52,670 nt of DNA, from the NCBI GenBank assembly GCA_034667685.1, contig JAXDQU010000085.1:1-52670 (forward strand), in the 5' to 3' direction. The notes under the pieces were generated by a model, which saw only the letters and a list, made by a program, of their open reading frames with translations, did not search any database and had not been told where the DNA came from. Source of the DNA: Thermoplasmata archaeon. GTDB taxonomy: Archaea; Thermoplasmatota; SW-10-69-26; JACQPN01; JAJPHT01. Both the position numbers and the translations under genes were made by a program. This document shows, piece after piece, positions 1 through 9,667 of the stretch. Positions within the stretch are counted from its first letter, which is position 1; each line of letters starts with the position of its first letter.

Positions 1-51
1 GCCTTCGTGTTCTGGTCGGCCGACTCAACACGAAGGCACGAAGCCACGAAG
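1..51. repeat. Tandem-inverted REP-like element (CACGAAG units), cut by window start
   Basis: GCCTTCGTGTT (1-11) pairs with AACACGAAGGC (27-37), followed by more CACGAAG units at 8-bp period; same unit as 16203-16278. Confidence 0.75.
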
Positions 52-61
52 AGGATGGTTC

Positions 62-1513
62 TCAGCCCAGGTTCACCATCACGCTCTTCGTGCGCGTGTA
101 GAAGTTGAACACGCCCGAGCCCTGCTCGTGGCCGATGCCGCTCATCTTGAATCCGCCGAAGGGCGTCTGCGGGAACGTCACGGGGTACTCGTTGATGGCG
201 ACCTGGCCCGATTCGAGCTCGGCGGCGAACCGGTGGGCGCGCTGCAGGTTGCTCGTCCAGACGCCCGCGTAGAGGCCGAAGTCGACCGCGTTGGCCAGGC
301 GCAGCGCCTCGTCGTCGTTGCCGAACTTGCTGACGCTGAGCACGGGGCCGAAGATCTCCTCGCGGAAGATCGTCATCTTGGGATCGACGTCGGTGAAGAT
401 GGTGGGCGTCAGGAAGTTGCCGTGCGCGAGCGCGGGCTCCGCGGGGCGCGCGCCGCCCAGGACGAGCTTCGCGCCCTCGGCCTTGCCCTTCTCGACGTAG
501 GAGGAGACGGTCTTGTGGTGTCCCTGCGAGACGAGGGGACCGATGCGCGTGTCCTTCTCGAGGCCGCTGCCGGCCTTCCACGTCCGGGCGAAGTCGGCGA
601 GCTTGCCCACGAACTCGTCGTGGATGCTCTCGTGGACCAGGAGCCGCGAGCCGGCCCAGCACATCTGGCCGGCGTTCATGAAGATGCCAAACGCGGCGCC
701 CTTGACGGCCTTGTCCAGGTTGGCGTCGGGGAAGACGATGTTGGGCGACTTGCCGCCCAGCTCCAGCGTGACGGGGACGATCTTGCGCGCCGCTTCCTTG
801 AGAAGCTCCTGGCCGGTGGGCACGCTGCCGGTGAGGACGACGCCCGCGGTCTCCTTGGCGCTGACGAGCACGGGGCCGATCTTGGCGCCGCTGCCGGTGA
901 CGACGTTGAACACGCCCTTGGGGAGCCCGGCGTCCTCCATGATCTTCGCGAGCTTGAGGAAGGAGAGCGGCGTCTCGCTGGCGGGCTTCGCGACCACCGT
1001 GTTCCCCGCGGCGAGGGCGGGCGCGACGCTGCGGCAGCCCAGCTGGAACGGGTAGTTCCACGGGATGATGTGGACGGTGACGCCCAGGGGCTCGCGGCGC
1101 GTGTAGTTGAAGCGCGGGCCCGGGACGGGGATGACCTGCCCCTCGATCTTGTCGGCCCAGCCGGCATAATACTCGAACGTCTGGGCGGCGAAGAGGACGT
1201 CGCCCTTGGCCTCGCGCAGGGGCTTGCCGTTGTCGAGCGTCTCGGTCTTGGCGAGGTCGTCGGCGCGCTCGTAGATCAGCGCGGCGACCTTGCGCAGCAG
1301 GCGCCCGCGCTCGGCGGGGTCCATCTTGGCCCACGCGGGGTCGTGGAACGCCTTGCTCGCGGCGGCGATGGCGGCGCGCGCGTCGTCCTCCGTCGCGGCC
1401 GGGATTTCCGCGAGGACGCTCTGGTCGAAGGGGTTGAGGGTGGGGCGGACGGAGCCGTCGGACGACTCGATCCACTGGCCGCCGATGAACATCTTCTCGC
1501 GCGTGGCGCTCAT
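62..1513 (-). CDS. NAD(P)-dependent aldehyde dehydrogenase
   Basis: IIPWNYP, KPASETP, LELGGKSP, NAGQMCWAG (catalytic Cys), EEIFGPV, PFGGFKMSG; ATG at 1513 (MSATREK). Confidence 0.95.
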   Translation of the reverse strand: MSATREKMFIGGQWIESSDGSVRPTLNPFDQSVLAEIPAATEDDARAAIAAASKAFHDPAWAKMDPAERGRLLRKVAALIYERADDLAKTETLDNGKPLREAKGDVLFAAQTFEYYAGWADKIEGQVIPVPGPRFNYTRREPLGVTVHIIPWNYPFQLGCRSVAPALAAGNTVVAKPASETPLSFLKLAKIMEDAGLPKGVFNVVTGSGAKIGPVLVSAKETAGVVLTGSVPTGQELLKEAARKIVPVTLELGGKSPNIVFPDANLDKAVKGAAFGIFMNAGQMCWAGSRLLVHESIHDEFVGKLADFARTWKAGSGLEKDTRIGPLVSQGHHKTVSSYVEKGKAEGAKLVLGGARPAEPALAHGNFLTPTIFTDVDPKMTIFREEIFGPVLSVSKFGNDDEALRLANAVDFGLYAGVWTSNLQRAHRFAAELESGQVAINEYPVTFPQTPFGGFKMSGIGHEQGSGVFNFYTRTKSVMVNLG

Positions 1514-1559
1514 GCGGCGCGCATCCCGGCGCCTGACCATGAAGCTGCCTGCGCTTCGG

Positions 1560-1640
1560 CTCCAGCCACAGAGGACACAGAGGTCACAGAGGCGGCTTTT
1601 CTCGTCCCTCTGTGCTCCTCTGTGTCCTCTGTGGCTGGAG
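1560..1640. repeat. Tandem-inverted REP-like hairpin (9-bp CACAGAGGN units)
   Basis: CTCCAGCCACAGAGGACACAGAGGTCACAGAGG (1560-1592) and near-perfect reverse complement at 1607-1640. Confidence 0.9.
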
Positions 1641-1654
1641 ATAGGAAGCCAGAA

Positions 1655-2530
1655 TCAGAGACGCCCGGCCTTCTGCAAGGCCATGAGGTCCTCGGTGGAG
1701 AGCTTCTCGCCCTTGCGGAACTTGTCGAAGATCTCGTCGGCCTCCGCGCGCGCGGACTGCGAGACGGTGGGCTGCCCCTGCGCGTCGAGCCTCAGGGCGC
1801 CCAGCACGCGCTCCAGGTCGCGCACGCTGCCCACCATGCCGATGTAGTGGCGGTGGACCTTGTCGGCCTCGACCTTGCTCTTGACGAACTCCGCCTGCGC
1901 GGCGTCGGCCTCCTTGCGGATCGCGTCGGCCTGCGCGAAGAGCCCTGCCATCGCCTCGTGCGCGGCCTGCGCCTCGTTGGCGAGGTGCGTGACGTGCGCG
2001 TGCTGGGCCTCGGCGGCCTCCTTGGCGACGCGCGCGGCGTCGGAGACGCCCTGCATCTCCGCGTCGACGTGGTCCTCGCCCTCGCGCGCCTTGAGCTCCT
2101 TGAGCTTCGCGCCGATGAGCTCGATGAGCGCCTTCTCCTTCTGCGGTGATAGCACGGTGGTCTGCTGCTGGTACTCCAGCTGCCGGATCTCGGCCTTCAG
2201 CTTCGCGGCGGAGACGCCGGCGCCCTCGTGGCCCCGGCCGCGGCGCAGCGCGTGGAGCGCCTCGGCCTTGGCGTGCGCCTCGTGGTTGAGCTCGTCGCGC
2301 TTGACCTTGGCCTCGCGCACCTGCTGGTTGAGCGCGTCGCGCCGGGCGCGGTGGCCGTTGGCCTGCTCGACGAGCCCGCGGACCTGAGCGTTCAGCTCGT
2401 CGCGGCGCTGCGCGTGCGCCTTGGTCCCGTCGTTGAGCCGGTCGCGCGTCTCGCGCTGACGGCGTGCCTGCTCGTTGAGCCGCTCCCGCTTCTGGGAGAA
2501 TGCGTCCACGAGCCGATCGCGGTCGTCCAC
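1655..2530 (-). CDS. Archaeal long coiled-coil protein (COG1340-like)
   Basis: Heptad-rich, RDELNA repeats, EYQQQTTVLSPQKEKALIE, C-terminal IFDKFRKGEKLSTEDL; CTTATA box about 26 nt upstream of GTG. Confidence 0.85.
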   Translation of the reverse strand: MDDRDRLVDAFSQKRERLNEQARRQRETRDRLNDGTKAHAQRRDELNAQVRGLVEQANGHRARRDALNQQVREAKVKRDELNHEAHAKAEALHALRRGRGHEGAGVSAAKLKAEIRQLEYQQQTTVLSPQKEKALIELIGAKLKELKAREGEDHVDAEMQGVSDAARVAKEAAEAQHAHVTHLANEAQAAHEAMAGLFAQADAIRKEADAAQAEFVKSKVEADKVHRHYIGMVGSVRDLERVLGALRLDAQGQPTVSQSARAEADEIFDKFRKGEKLSTEDLMALQKAGRL

Positions 2531-2580
2531 CAGTTCGGATAGAGATTGGGAAGCGTATAAGAACGTGACGACAAGCCGGC

Positions 2581-2982
2581 TCAGGCGCGCGCGATCCGCT
2601 CGGCCCAGCCGCGCACGCAGTCGCGCAACGCGTCCGCGTAGGCCTTGGCGTCGAGCGGCTTCGTCATGAAGCCGGAGGCGCCCAGCGCGCGCGCCCGCTC
2701 GACGTCGGCGCCCGCCTCGCTGCTGGTGAACATGACGATCGGCAGCTTCGCGGTGCGCGGGTCGCGGCGGGCAGCTTCGAGCACGTCGAAGCCGGACACG
2801 CGCGGCATCTTGATGTCGAGCAGCACGAGGTCGGGCGTCTCGCGCGCGAGGCGGGCCAGCGCGTCGTCGCCGTCCTGCGCGAACGCCACGTCGAGCGGAA
2901 GCTCGGCCGCGAGCCCCTTGAGCACGCGCGACGCGAGGAAGCGGTGGTCTGCGTTGTCGTCCACGACAAGGACCCGGAGCAT
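2581..2982 (-). CDS. Single-domain response regulator (CheY-like receiver)
   Basis: VLVVDD, DLVLLDIKMP (phospho-Asp), MFTSS, FMTKP. Confidence 0.95.
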   Translation of the reverse strand: MLRVLVVDDNADHRFLASRVLKGLAAELPLDVAFAQDGDDALARLARETPDLVLLDIKMPRVSGFDVLEAARRDPRTAKLPIVMFTSSEAGADVERARALGASGFMTKPLDAKAYADALRDCVRGWAERIARA

Positions 2983-3056
2983 CAGCGACCTCCCTTGTCG
3001 TGGACGCGACGACCCGCAGGTCGGCGCAGGTCCACGACGAGCACGCGCAGCGTCAC
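2982..3056 (-). pseudogene. 24-codon mini-ORF, probable remnant of a receiver-domain gene
   Basis: VTLRVLVVDLRRPAGRRVHDKGGR*; GTG overlaps the kinase TGA and its TGA overlaps the RR ATG; N-terminus matches the RR start LRVLVVD. Confidence 0.5.
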
Positions 3057-5737
3057 GTCCGCGCCTCCTTCGCGCCGGGCCGGAGGTCGACGCGGCGTGC
3101 CGCGCCCACGGCGGGGAGCGTCACGTGGAACGTCGTGCCCGCGCCCTCCTGGCTCTCGACGCGGATGGCGCCGCCGTGCGTGTCGACGATGCGCTTCACG
3201 ATCGCGAGCCCCACGCCGCTGCCGCCCGGGTCCTCCATGCCCGGCGCCGGCGCCCGCTGGAAGAGCGCGAAGACGCTCTCGCGGTGCCTCTCGGGGATGC
3301 CGCGCCCGTTGTCCTTCACGTGGAACGTCGCGCGGCCGCCTGCGACGTCGGCGCCCACCTCGATGCGCGGCGCGCGGTCCGGGTGGCGGTACTTGATGGC
3401 GTTGTCGAGGAGGTTCGTGAAGAGCTGCGCCATGCGCTTGCGCTCGCCGCGCACGCGGGGCAGGTCCGGCGCGACGTGGATCGCGGCGCCGGTGGCTGCG
3501 CTGCGGTCCCCGAGCGACGCGACGACCTCGGCGAGCACGGCGTCCATGTCCACCTCCTCGACGTCCTCGCGCACGCGGCCGATGCGCGACAATTCCAGGA
3601 TGTCGAGGATCAGCCCCTCCATCGTGCTGGCGTTCTTGCGGATGCGCTCCAGCCAGTGCGCCCCCTCGCCCGCGAGCGCCGCGGCGTACTCCTCCTCCAG
3701 CCCCTGCGCGTAGCCCTGGATGCTGATCAGGGGCGCCTTGAGGTCGTGCGAGACGCTGTAGAGGAACGACTCGATCTCGCGGCTCTTCTCGGTCAGCTCC
3801 GCGGTGCGCTCCGCGACGCGCGCCTCCAGCTGCGCCGCGTACTCGCGCAGCCGCTCCTCGAAGAGCGAGCGCCGGATGCCCACCGCGAGCTGCGCGCCCA
3901 ACGCTGATAGCACGTCGCGCGTGGGCTCCTCGTCGAGGCGGCGCGGCTCGCCCACGAGGACCAGCGCGCCCATCGCCTCGTTCTGCTCGACGAGCGGGAT
4001 CGCCAAGGCGCGCTCGCCCGCGAGCTCCCGCCCGCGCGTGGCCCGCGCCCCCATCGCTTCGCGCGCGAGCTGCGCCAGCGTCCGGCGCGCGTCCAACGTC
4101 AGCGAGCCCTCCAGCGCCGCCTCGCGCAGCGTCGTGCCATCTGCGCCCGCGATGAAGACCGCGCCCTTGCGGACGGGCACGAGCGAGGCGACCAGCGAGA
4201 GGCCGCTGGCGGCGAGCGCCGAGAGCGCGCGCTCCTCCGAGACGAGCCGCGCCATCTGGAAGCTCTTCTCGCGGATCAGCTCCTCGCGCCGCTCGCGCGT
4301 GACGTCGTGCGCGACGCCGAGCACGCGGACGGGCTTCGTGCCCCCCTCGAAGACGGCCGAGAGGTTCGCCACCACGGCCACGTCGCTCCCCTCGCGCCCC
4401 ACGAGGCGGAAGGGGACCGATAGCACCGGCGCGCCCTTCTCGAGCACGCCCTCGACGGCGCGCTGCAGCGTCGCGCGGTCGCCCTCCACGACGAGGTCGT
4501 ACGCGCTCCTGCCCACGAGGTCGCGCGGCGCGAGGCCCAGGAGCGGCTCGCAGAGCGGGCTGATGAACGACAGCTCGCCGTCGGGCTGCACGGTGAAGAT
4601 GAGGTCGTTGGCGCTCTCGACAAGGTTGCGGTAGCGCGCCTCGCTGGCGCGAAGGCCGTCCAGGCTCTCGTTGATGCGCGTCGCCATGTCGTTGAAAGTA
4701 TGGCCAAGCTCGGCGATCTCGTCGCTCCCCTCCGTGCGGATGCGCGAGGCGAGCCGGCCCGCGGAGAGCGCGCGCGCCGCCTCGGTGAGGTCGGTCACGG
4801 GGCGCACGATGCGCCGCGCGATGAGCACGCTCGCGAGCAGGATCGCGCCCGCGAGGATGCCGCTGAAGACGATGAGCACCGCCGAGAGGCGCGTGAGGCC
4901 CGCGTACGCCGTCGCGATGGACACCGTGTCCACGACGACCCAGCCGAGGTCGCGTACCGGCGCCCCCGCGCCCAGCGACGCCTCGCCCGTGGCCGGATCG
5001 GCGTACTCGACCCACGAATCGCCCGCGGTGGGATGAAGCGAGCGCGCGACGGGCGGCACGGCGCTCCAGTCGGGGCGCTCCGCGGCGAGCGTCTGGTTGG
5101 GGTGCGCGAGCAGCGCGCCCGTCGCGTCCACGAGGAAGACGCTCTGCCCGCCGCCAGGCGCGAAGGCCTGGAGCGCGTCGCCCAGCGTCGCGATGCGCAG
5201 GCTCCCCACGAGCACGCCGACGAACGCCCCCTGCACCGAGATGGGCGTCGCGAGCGGAAGCAGCGGCGCGCCGCCGGTCGTCACCGGGAGCACGGTGGCC
5301 GCGTTGCGGAAGCGCGTCACCACGAAGTCGTAGCCGGAGGCGTGGTCGTCGCCGATCGCCGCGCTCGCCTCGGGCCACGCCGCGACGACCTTCCCCGTGT
5401 CGTTGAGCACGTACGCCGACGCGAAGACCGGCCCGCCCCCCTGCGCGTTGCCCTCGACGAGCGACTGGAGCGCCAGCACGAGGCTCGCGCGGTCCGGCGC
5501 CGCCATCGCGGCGCGCATCGCAGCGCCGTTGGCCTGCGCGTCGAGCAGCACGCGCCCGTTCTGCACGTAGAGCGACGCGTAGCCCGCCGCCGCCTGCGCC
5601 GCCGCCTCGTGCGCGCTCCCCGCCTCGTTCGCCACCGCGCCGCGCGTCTCCGTGAGCGCGAGATAGCTCATCGCCATGAGCGGCAACGTGGCGATGAGGG
5701 CGAAGACGAGGAACATCTTCGCCTGGAGCGAGCGCAC
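3053..5737 (-). CDS. Membrane sensor histidine kinase (Cache-HAMP-PAS-GAF-HisKA-HATPase)
   Basis: Two TM segments flanking an extracellular domain, HAMP (DEIAELGHTFNDM), PAS, H-box SVSHDLKAPL, NLLDNAIKY, DNGRGI, GSGVGLAIV; GTG at 5737 after a TTCATAA TATA-like box. Confidence 0.93.
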   Translation of the reverse strand: MRSLQAKMFLVFALIATLPLMAMSYLALTETRGAVANEAGSAHEAAAQAAAGYASLYVQNGRVLLDAQANGAAMRAAMAAPDRASLVLALQSLVEGNAQGGGPVFASAYVLNDTGKVVAAWPEASAAIGDDHASGYDFVVTRFRNAATVLPVTTGGAPLLPLATPISVQGAFVGVLVGSLRIATLGDALQAFAPGGGQSVFLVDATGALLAHPNQTLAAERPDWSAVPPVARSLHPTAGDSWVEYADPATGEASLGAGAPVRDLGWVVVDTVSIATAYAGLTRLSAVLIVFSGILAGAILLASVLIARRIVRPVTDLTEAARALSAGRLASRIRTEGSDEIAELGHTFNDMATRINESLDGLRASEARYRNLVESANDLIFTVQPDGELSFISPLCEPLLGLAPRDLVGRSAYDLVVEGDRATLQRAVEGVLEKGAPVLSVPFRLVGREGSDVAVVANLSAVFEGGTKPVRVLGVAHDVTRERREELIREKSFQMARLVSEERALSALAASGLSLVASLVPVRKGAVFIAGADGTTLREAALEGSLTLDARRTLAQLAREAMGARATRGRELAGERALAIPLVEQNEAMGALVLVGEPRRLDEEPTRDVLSALGAQLAVGIRRSLFEERLREYAAQLEARVAERTAELTEKSREIESFLYSVSHDLKAPLISIQGYAQGLEEEYAAALAGEGAHWLERIRKNASTMEGLILDILELSRIGRVREDVEEVDMDAVLAEVVASLGDRSAATGAAIHVAPDLPRVRGERKRMAQLFTNLLDNAIKYRHPDRAPRIEVGADVAGGRATFHVKDNGRGIPERHRESVFALFQRAPAPGMEDPGGSGVGLAIVKRIVDTHGGAIRVESQEGAGTTFHVTLPAVGAARRVDLRPGAKEART

Positions 5738-5858
5738 ATCATACCAGGAAGAAAGCGGGCTTATGAAGACGCCGGAAACCGCAGGGTCTGGCGAGCGGCT
5801 CCGCGCGAGTCGAAGCCGTTCGGCGTCGGCCTCAACGTGCGGACGACCTTCTCCTCTC

Positions 5859-6429
5859 GTGCGCGGCGCGTCCGTCCTCGTCTGGTGGCTCCCGCGGGGT
5901 GCGGGCGGCTGGTTCGTGCGCGCCAACGGCCGCGTGTACGAGCGCGCCTGCGCGTGGCGCGACGGGCGCGCGCCGCGGCCGCTCTTCCACGCCGCGCTGG
6001 AGATGCGCGTGCCGGCGGGGCGCTTCATCGTGGAGAACGCCTGGCCGATCCCGAACGGGGAGCGCGAGGCGCGCGGCGTCGTGGTCGAGGGCCCGGTGTT
6101 CGCGCCGGCGTTCGGCCGGTGGCGCGCGCTGCGCTACGAGGTCCGCCGGTGGCGCGACGGCGTGATCGACGACGCCGCGTGGGCGGTGGAGAGCCCGCAG
6201 GTGGTAACGTCGGACGCGGGCGTCGCGCGGCGCGTGCTCGACCTCGTGCCCGACGTGCCCCCGCCCGTCTGAGGCCCCGACACGGAACGCACGGGCGAGA
6301 TGTGGAACTCGAACTCCATGGTCGCGTGGCTCCTCGCGAGCGCGGGCGTGCCGCTGGAGAACGTGCGCCCTTCCCGAAGGCGGGCGCGCGCCGGGCTGGA
6401 AGGCGGGGCTCGTCGTGGCGCGGCGCTAG
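5859..6429 (+). pseudogene. Conserved hypothetical protein interrupted by an in-frame TGA and a +1 frameshift
   Basis: WWLPRGAGG...RYEVRRWRDGV...VPPPV then TGA (6270-6272), in-frame GPDTERTGEMWNSNSMVAWLL, then an extra base near 6372 before PEGGRAPGWKAGLVVARR* (TAG 6427-6429). Confidence 0.7.
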
Positions 6430-6462
6430 GCCGAATTCCACAGTCTGCTCCGTCGCCTTGCG

Positions 6463-6543
6463 GCGCTTCGCTTGCCGCCAACACGCCAAGACGCCAACAC
6501 GCCGCGTGTGGGCGTCTTGGCGTGTTGGCGGCAAGCGAAGCGC
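6463..6543. repeat. Perfect 33-bp inverted repeat of 8-bp ACGCCAA[CG] units between convergent genes
   Basis: 6463-6495 is the exact reverse complement of 6511-6543. Confidence 0.92.
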
Positions 6544-6589
6544 GGCCCAAGGGTCCTTTTTCGTCGTCGACAGAGGTACGAAACAGCCC

Positions 6590-7894
6590 CTATGATAGCT
6601 TCCAGAACTTGTACGCCGGCGTCCCGTCCTGATAGCAATAGTGGACGCCCTGGAACCGGGCGCGGAACGCGGCGACGCGCTCGGCGACCTTGGCGGGCGC
6701 CTCCTTCTTGACGACGGCGTCGACGAGGAACTGCGCGACCTCGGCCATGTCGGCCTCCTTCATGCCGATGCGCGTCATCTCTTGCGAGCCCAGGCGCAGG
6801 CCGCTGGGGTTCAACGCGCTGGTGTCGCCCGGCAGCATGTTCATGTTGGTGATGAGGCCGGCGTCCTCGAGCGCCTTGGCGGCCCACGCGCCGCCGCCGT
6901 GCGCCTTCACGTCGACGACGACCTGGTGGCTCATGGTGAAGCCGCGCTTCTCGCCGAGGACCTTCACGCCTCGGGTGTGAAGCTCCTGGGCGAGGGCCTT
7001 GGCGTTCCGGATCACCTGGTCGGCGTACGCCTCGCCGAAGTCGAGCGCCTCGGCGAGCGCGACGGTCTTCGCCGCGAGGTGGTGCAGGTGGTGCGACGAG
7101 ACGGTGCCGGGGAAGACGGCGCGGTCGAGCTTGCGCGCGAGCGTGCCCTGCTGCTCCTCCGCGCCCTCGGGGAAGCTGCCCAGGATCAGCGCGCCCTGGG
7201 GACCGGGGAGCGTCTTGTGCGTGGAGCCGGTGACGAAGTCCGCGCCCTCGCGCAGCGGGTCCTGGAACTTCCTGCCGGCGATGAGGCCCATGACGTGCGC
7301 GCCGTCGTACATGACCGACGCGCCGACCTCCTTGGCCGCCGCGGCGACCTCCTTCATCGGCGTGGGGAAGAGGAACATGCTCTGGCCGAACATGACGAGC
7401 TTGGGCTTCGCCTCGCGCACGAGCTTGACCGACTTCTCCACGTCGAGCGTCTGCTTGTCCTCGTCCCAGGGATAGGTGAGGATGTTGAGGCCGTGCAGCC
7501 CCGCGCCGCCGAACTTGGCGTGGCTGATGTGGCCGCCGTCCGCCGTGCCCACCGCGGTGATCGTGTCGCCCGCCTTCGTCGTGGCGGCGAACGCCGCGAT
7601 GTTCGCCTCGGTGCCCGAGACGCAGCGCACGTCCGCCCACGAGCAGCGGAACAGCTCCAGCGCCAGGCGCTTGCACTCGCGCTCCACCTCGTCGATGTAG
7701 ATCAGGCCCTGGTAGTAGCGCTTGCCGGGGTGCCCTTCCGCGTAGCGGTCGTGGAAGTCGGACGCGAGGAGCCGGCGCGCCGTGGGCGAGATGAGGTTCT
7801 CGCTGGCGATCATCGGGATGCAGCGGTTGAACCACTGCGTGTGGCGCTCCACCTGGTCGAGGACGTGGGCCGCCGCCTTCTCGTGTCCGGACAT
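6590..7894 (-). CDS. glyA: Serine hydroxymethyltransferase
   Basis: IASEN, RYAEG..RYYQG, GGHISH, YDGAH, GSTHKT (PLP Lys), SGLRLG. Confidence 0.97.
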   Translation of the reverse strand: MSGHEKAAAHVLDQVERHTQWFNRCIPMIASENLISPTARRLLASDFHDRYAEGHPGKRYYQGLIYIDEVERECKRLALELFRCSWADVRCVSGTEANIAAFAATTKAGDTITAVGTADGGHISHAKFGGAGLHGLNILTYPWDEDKQTLDVEKSVKLVREAKPKLVMFGQSMFLFPTPMKEVAAAAKEVGASVMYDGAHVMGLIAGRKFQDPLREGADFVTGSTHKTLPGPQGALILGSFPEGAEEQQGTLARKLDRAVFPGTVSSHHLHHLAAKTVALAEALDFGEAYADQVIRNAKALAQELHTRGVKVLGEKRGFTMSHQVVVDVKAHGGGAWAAKALEDAGLITNMNMLPGDTSALNPSGLRLGSQEMTRIGMKEADMAEVAQFLVDAVVKKEAPAKVAERVAAFRARFQGVHYCYQDGTPAYKFWKLS

Positions 7895-7959
7895 GGGGGC
7901 GCGATTCCCCGGCGGCTGAAAAAGGGATCGGCCTGCGATGGGCGACCTTGGGCCTTCCG

Positions 7960-8053
7960 GCGCTCCGCATGCGGAGACGCGGTGATCGCGGAGGCCGCGG
8001 AGTCTCAGGGCACCGCGATCCCCGCGCCCTCCGCGTCTCCGCATGCGGAGCGC
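7960..8053. repeat. Tandem-inverted element with CTCCGCATGCGGAG termini
   Basis: 23-bp arms 7960-7982 and 8031-8053; second copy at 20356-20450. Confidence 0.85.
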
Positions 8054-8184
8054 GCGAAGCGCCCAGGCCCGCTTCCGGTTTCAGTTTCGGCGCAACGACG
8101 CGCCCCGCCCCTGGGGAGAGGCGTCCGCGCATTCGCCCACCTCCGGGACGCAACGCCATCCGCGCGGCCCGCATCGTGCGGCCC

Positions 8185-8349
8185 ATGAGCCACGTCCTGC
8201 TCAACAAGGGTCTCCTCGCCCGCACGAACGCCGCCTGCCCCGTCTGCGGGAACGCCGTCGAGATGACGCACGCCTTCAACGGCGCCCGGCTGCGCGAGTC
8301 CTACGGCTGCTATCGCTGCGGCCCGACGGTCTACACGGTGCGCGTCTAG
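8185..8349 (+). CDS. Small CPxCG zinc-ribbon protein (54 aa)
   Basis: MSHVLL...CPVCG...CYRCG; host-like codon usage. Confidence 0.75.
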   Translation: MSHVLLNKGLLARTNAACPVCGNAVEMTHAFNGARLRESYGCYRCGPTVYTVRV

Positions 8350-9662
8350 GAGTCCACCGACTTCACGGTCATCTCGAAGAGCCGGAAGTAGCCGTCCTTG
8401 TACCCCTCGTCGGAGGTGAGGCGCACGGTGCGCGTCTCGCCCGCGTGGAGGCCGACGATGCCGCTCGCGAAGCCGGGGATCACGGGCGTGTAGCCGCTCA
8501 TGGGGCTGCCGGCGCCGACCCAGACCTTGAGCGCCTGGGGGTGCTGCTGGAAGCCCGCGGGCATGGGGAAGCCCTGCCCCTGGAGGTTCGTCATGGTGGT
8601 GTCGAACGTGACGCCGTTGTCGAAGAGGCCCAGGTAGTAGGTCTGCACGGCGCCGTGGTCCGGACCCGAGGCGTTGCCGGTGACGTTGAGCGGCTTGAGC
8701 TCGAGGTGCACGGTGGCGTTGCCGCCGGGCCCCGTGGCCGTGACGTCGAGGCCGCCGCCGGTGTATCCGTCGGGCGTCTTGACGTGGAGGATCGCGACGC
8801 CGGCCTGTCCGCTGGAGAGGAGGCCGGGCACGCGCGGGAAGTCGACGGTCGCGCCGTTCTCGGCGGAGCCCACGAGGCTGACGTTGAGGCGGTCGCCGCC
8901 CGCGTTGCGCACGAAGAGCGGCGTGCTGGCCTCGCCGCCGGGCGCCACGTCGAGCGTCGCGTGGTACGCCTTCAGCTCGGGCTTCGCGGGCGCGGGGGCG
9001 ACGGCGACGCGCACGCTCTGGATCACGACGTCGGTGGTGGGCACGCTCTGGTACTGGCCCTTCGTCGCGACGGTGACGTTCTCGATCGCGTGGACGACGT
9101 CGAGGCCGCTCGTCACGTTGCCGAAGACGGTGTAGCCGCTGTCGAGCGCGCGGCCGTTGTCCGCCGTGTTGACGAACCACTGGTTGGTGCCGCTGTTGGG
9201 GTCCTGCGTGCGCGCCATGCCCAGCGTGCCCTCGGCGTGGTGGTTGCCGCTCCAGATCTCGGTGGGGATGGGGCCGTCGCTCTGCGTGCGCGGCCTGGCG
9301 CTGGCGTTGAAGGGCGCCGCGAAGCCGCCGCCCTGGATGACGAAGCCCTTCACGACGCGGTGGAAGACGGTGTTGTCGTAGAGCCCGTCCTGCGCGTCCT
9401 GGAGGAAGTTGGCGACCGAGAGGGGCGCCTTGTCCGCGTAGAGCGTCGCGGTGAAGTTGCCCAGGCTCGTCGTGAACGTCGCGCAGGGCGCCTGGGGCTG
9501 GGGCGCGCAGTCCGCCGGCGGCGTGGACGTCGGAGAGGTCGGCGTCGTCACCGTGGGCGTCGTGGTCGTGCCAGAGGGCGTCGAGGTGGTGGCGTTGTTG
9601 TTGCCGGGCGAGGCGCAGCCGGCGGCGAGCGCGAGGAGGACGATGAGGAGAAGGGCGCGCAT
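8346..9662 (-). CDS. Lipoprotein PPIase: cyclophilin + beta-sandwich + FKBP-type domain
   Basis: Lipobox LAAGC; FHRVVKGFVIQGGG, GTLGMART, QWFVN, YTVFG; C-terminal YYLGLFDNGVTFDT...VIPGFASGIVGL..GETRTV..EGY..LFEMTV. Confidence 0.88.
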   Translation of the reverse strand: MRALLLIVLLALAAGCASPGNNNATTSTPSGTTTTPTVTTPTSPTSTPPADCAPQPQAPCATFTTSLGNFTATLYADKAPLSVANFLQDAQDGLYDNTVFHRVVKGFVIQGGGFAAPFNASARPRTQSDGPIPTEIWSGNHHAEGTLGMARTQDPNSGTNQWFVNTADNGRALDSGYTVFGNVTSGLDVVHAIENVTVATKGQYQSVPTTDVVIQSVRVAVAPAPAKPELKAYHATLDVAPGGEASTPLFVRNAGGDRLNVSLVGSAENGATVDFPRVPGLLSSGQAGVAILHVKTPDGYTGGGLDVTATGPGGNATVHLELKPLNVTGNASGPDHGAVQTYYLGLFDNGVTFDTTMTNLQGQGFPMPAGFQQHPQALKVWVGAGSPMSGYTPVIPGFASGIVGLHAGETRTVRLTSDEGYKDGYFRLFEMTVKSVDS

Positions 9663-9667
9663 GGGTT

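Noticed and set aside
6270-6272. TGA recoding as Trp or selenocysteine
   Set aside because: TGA is the normal stop of many genes here, and a second lesion (frameshift) follows; decay is simpler.
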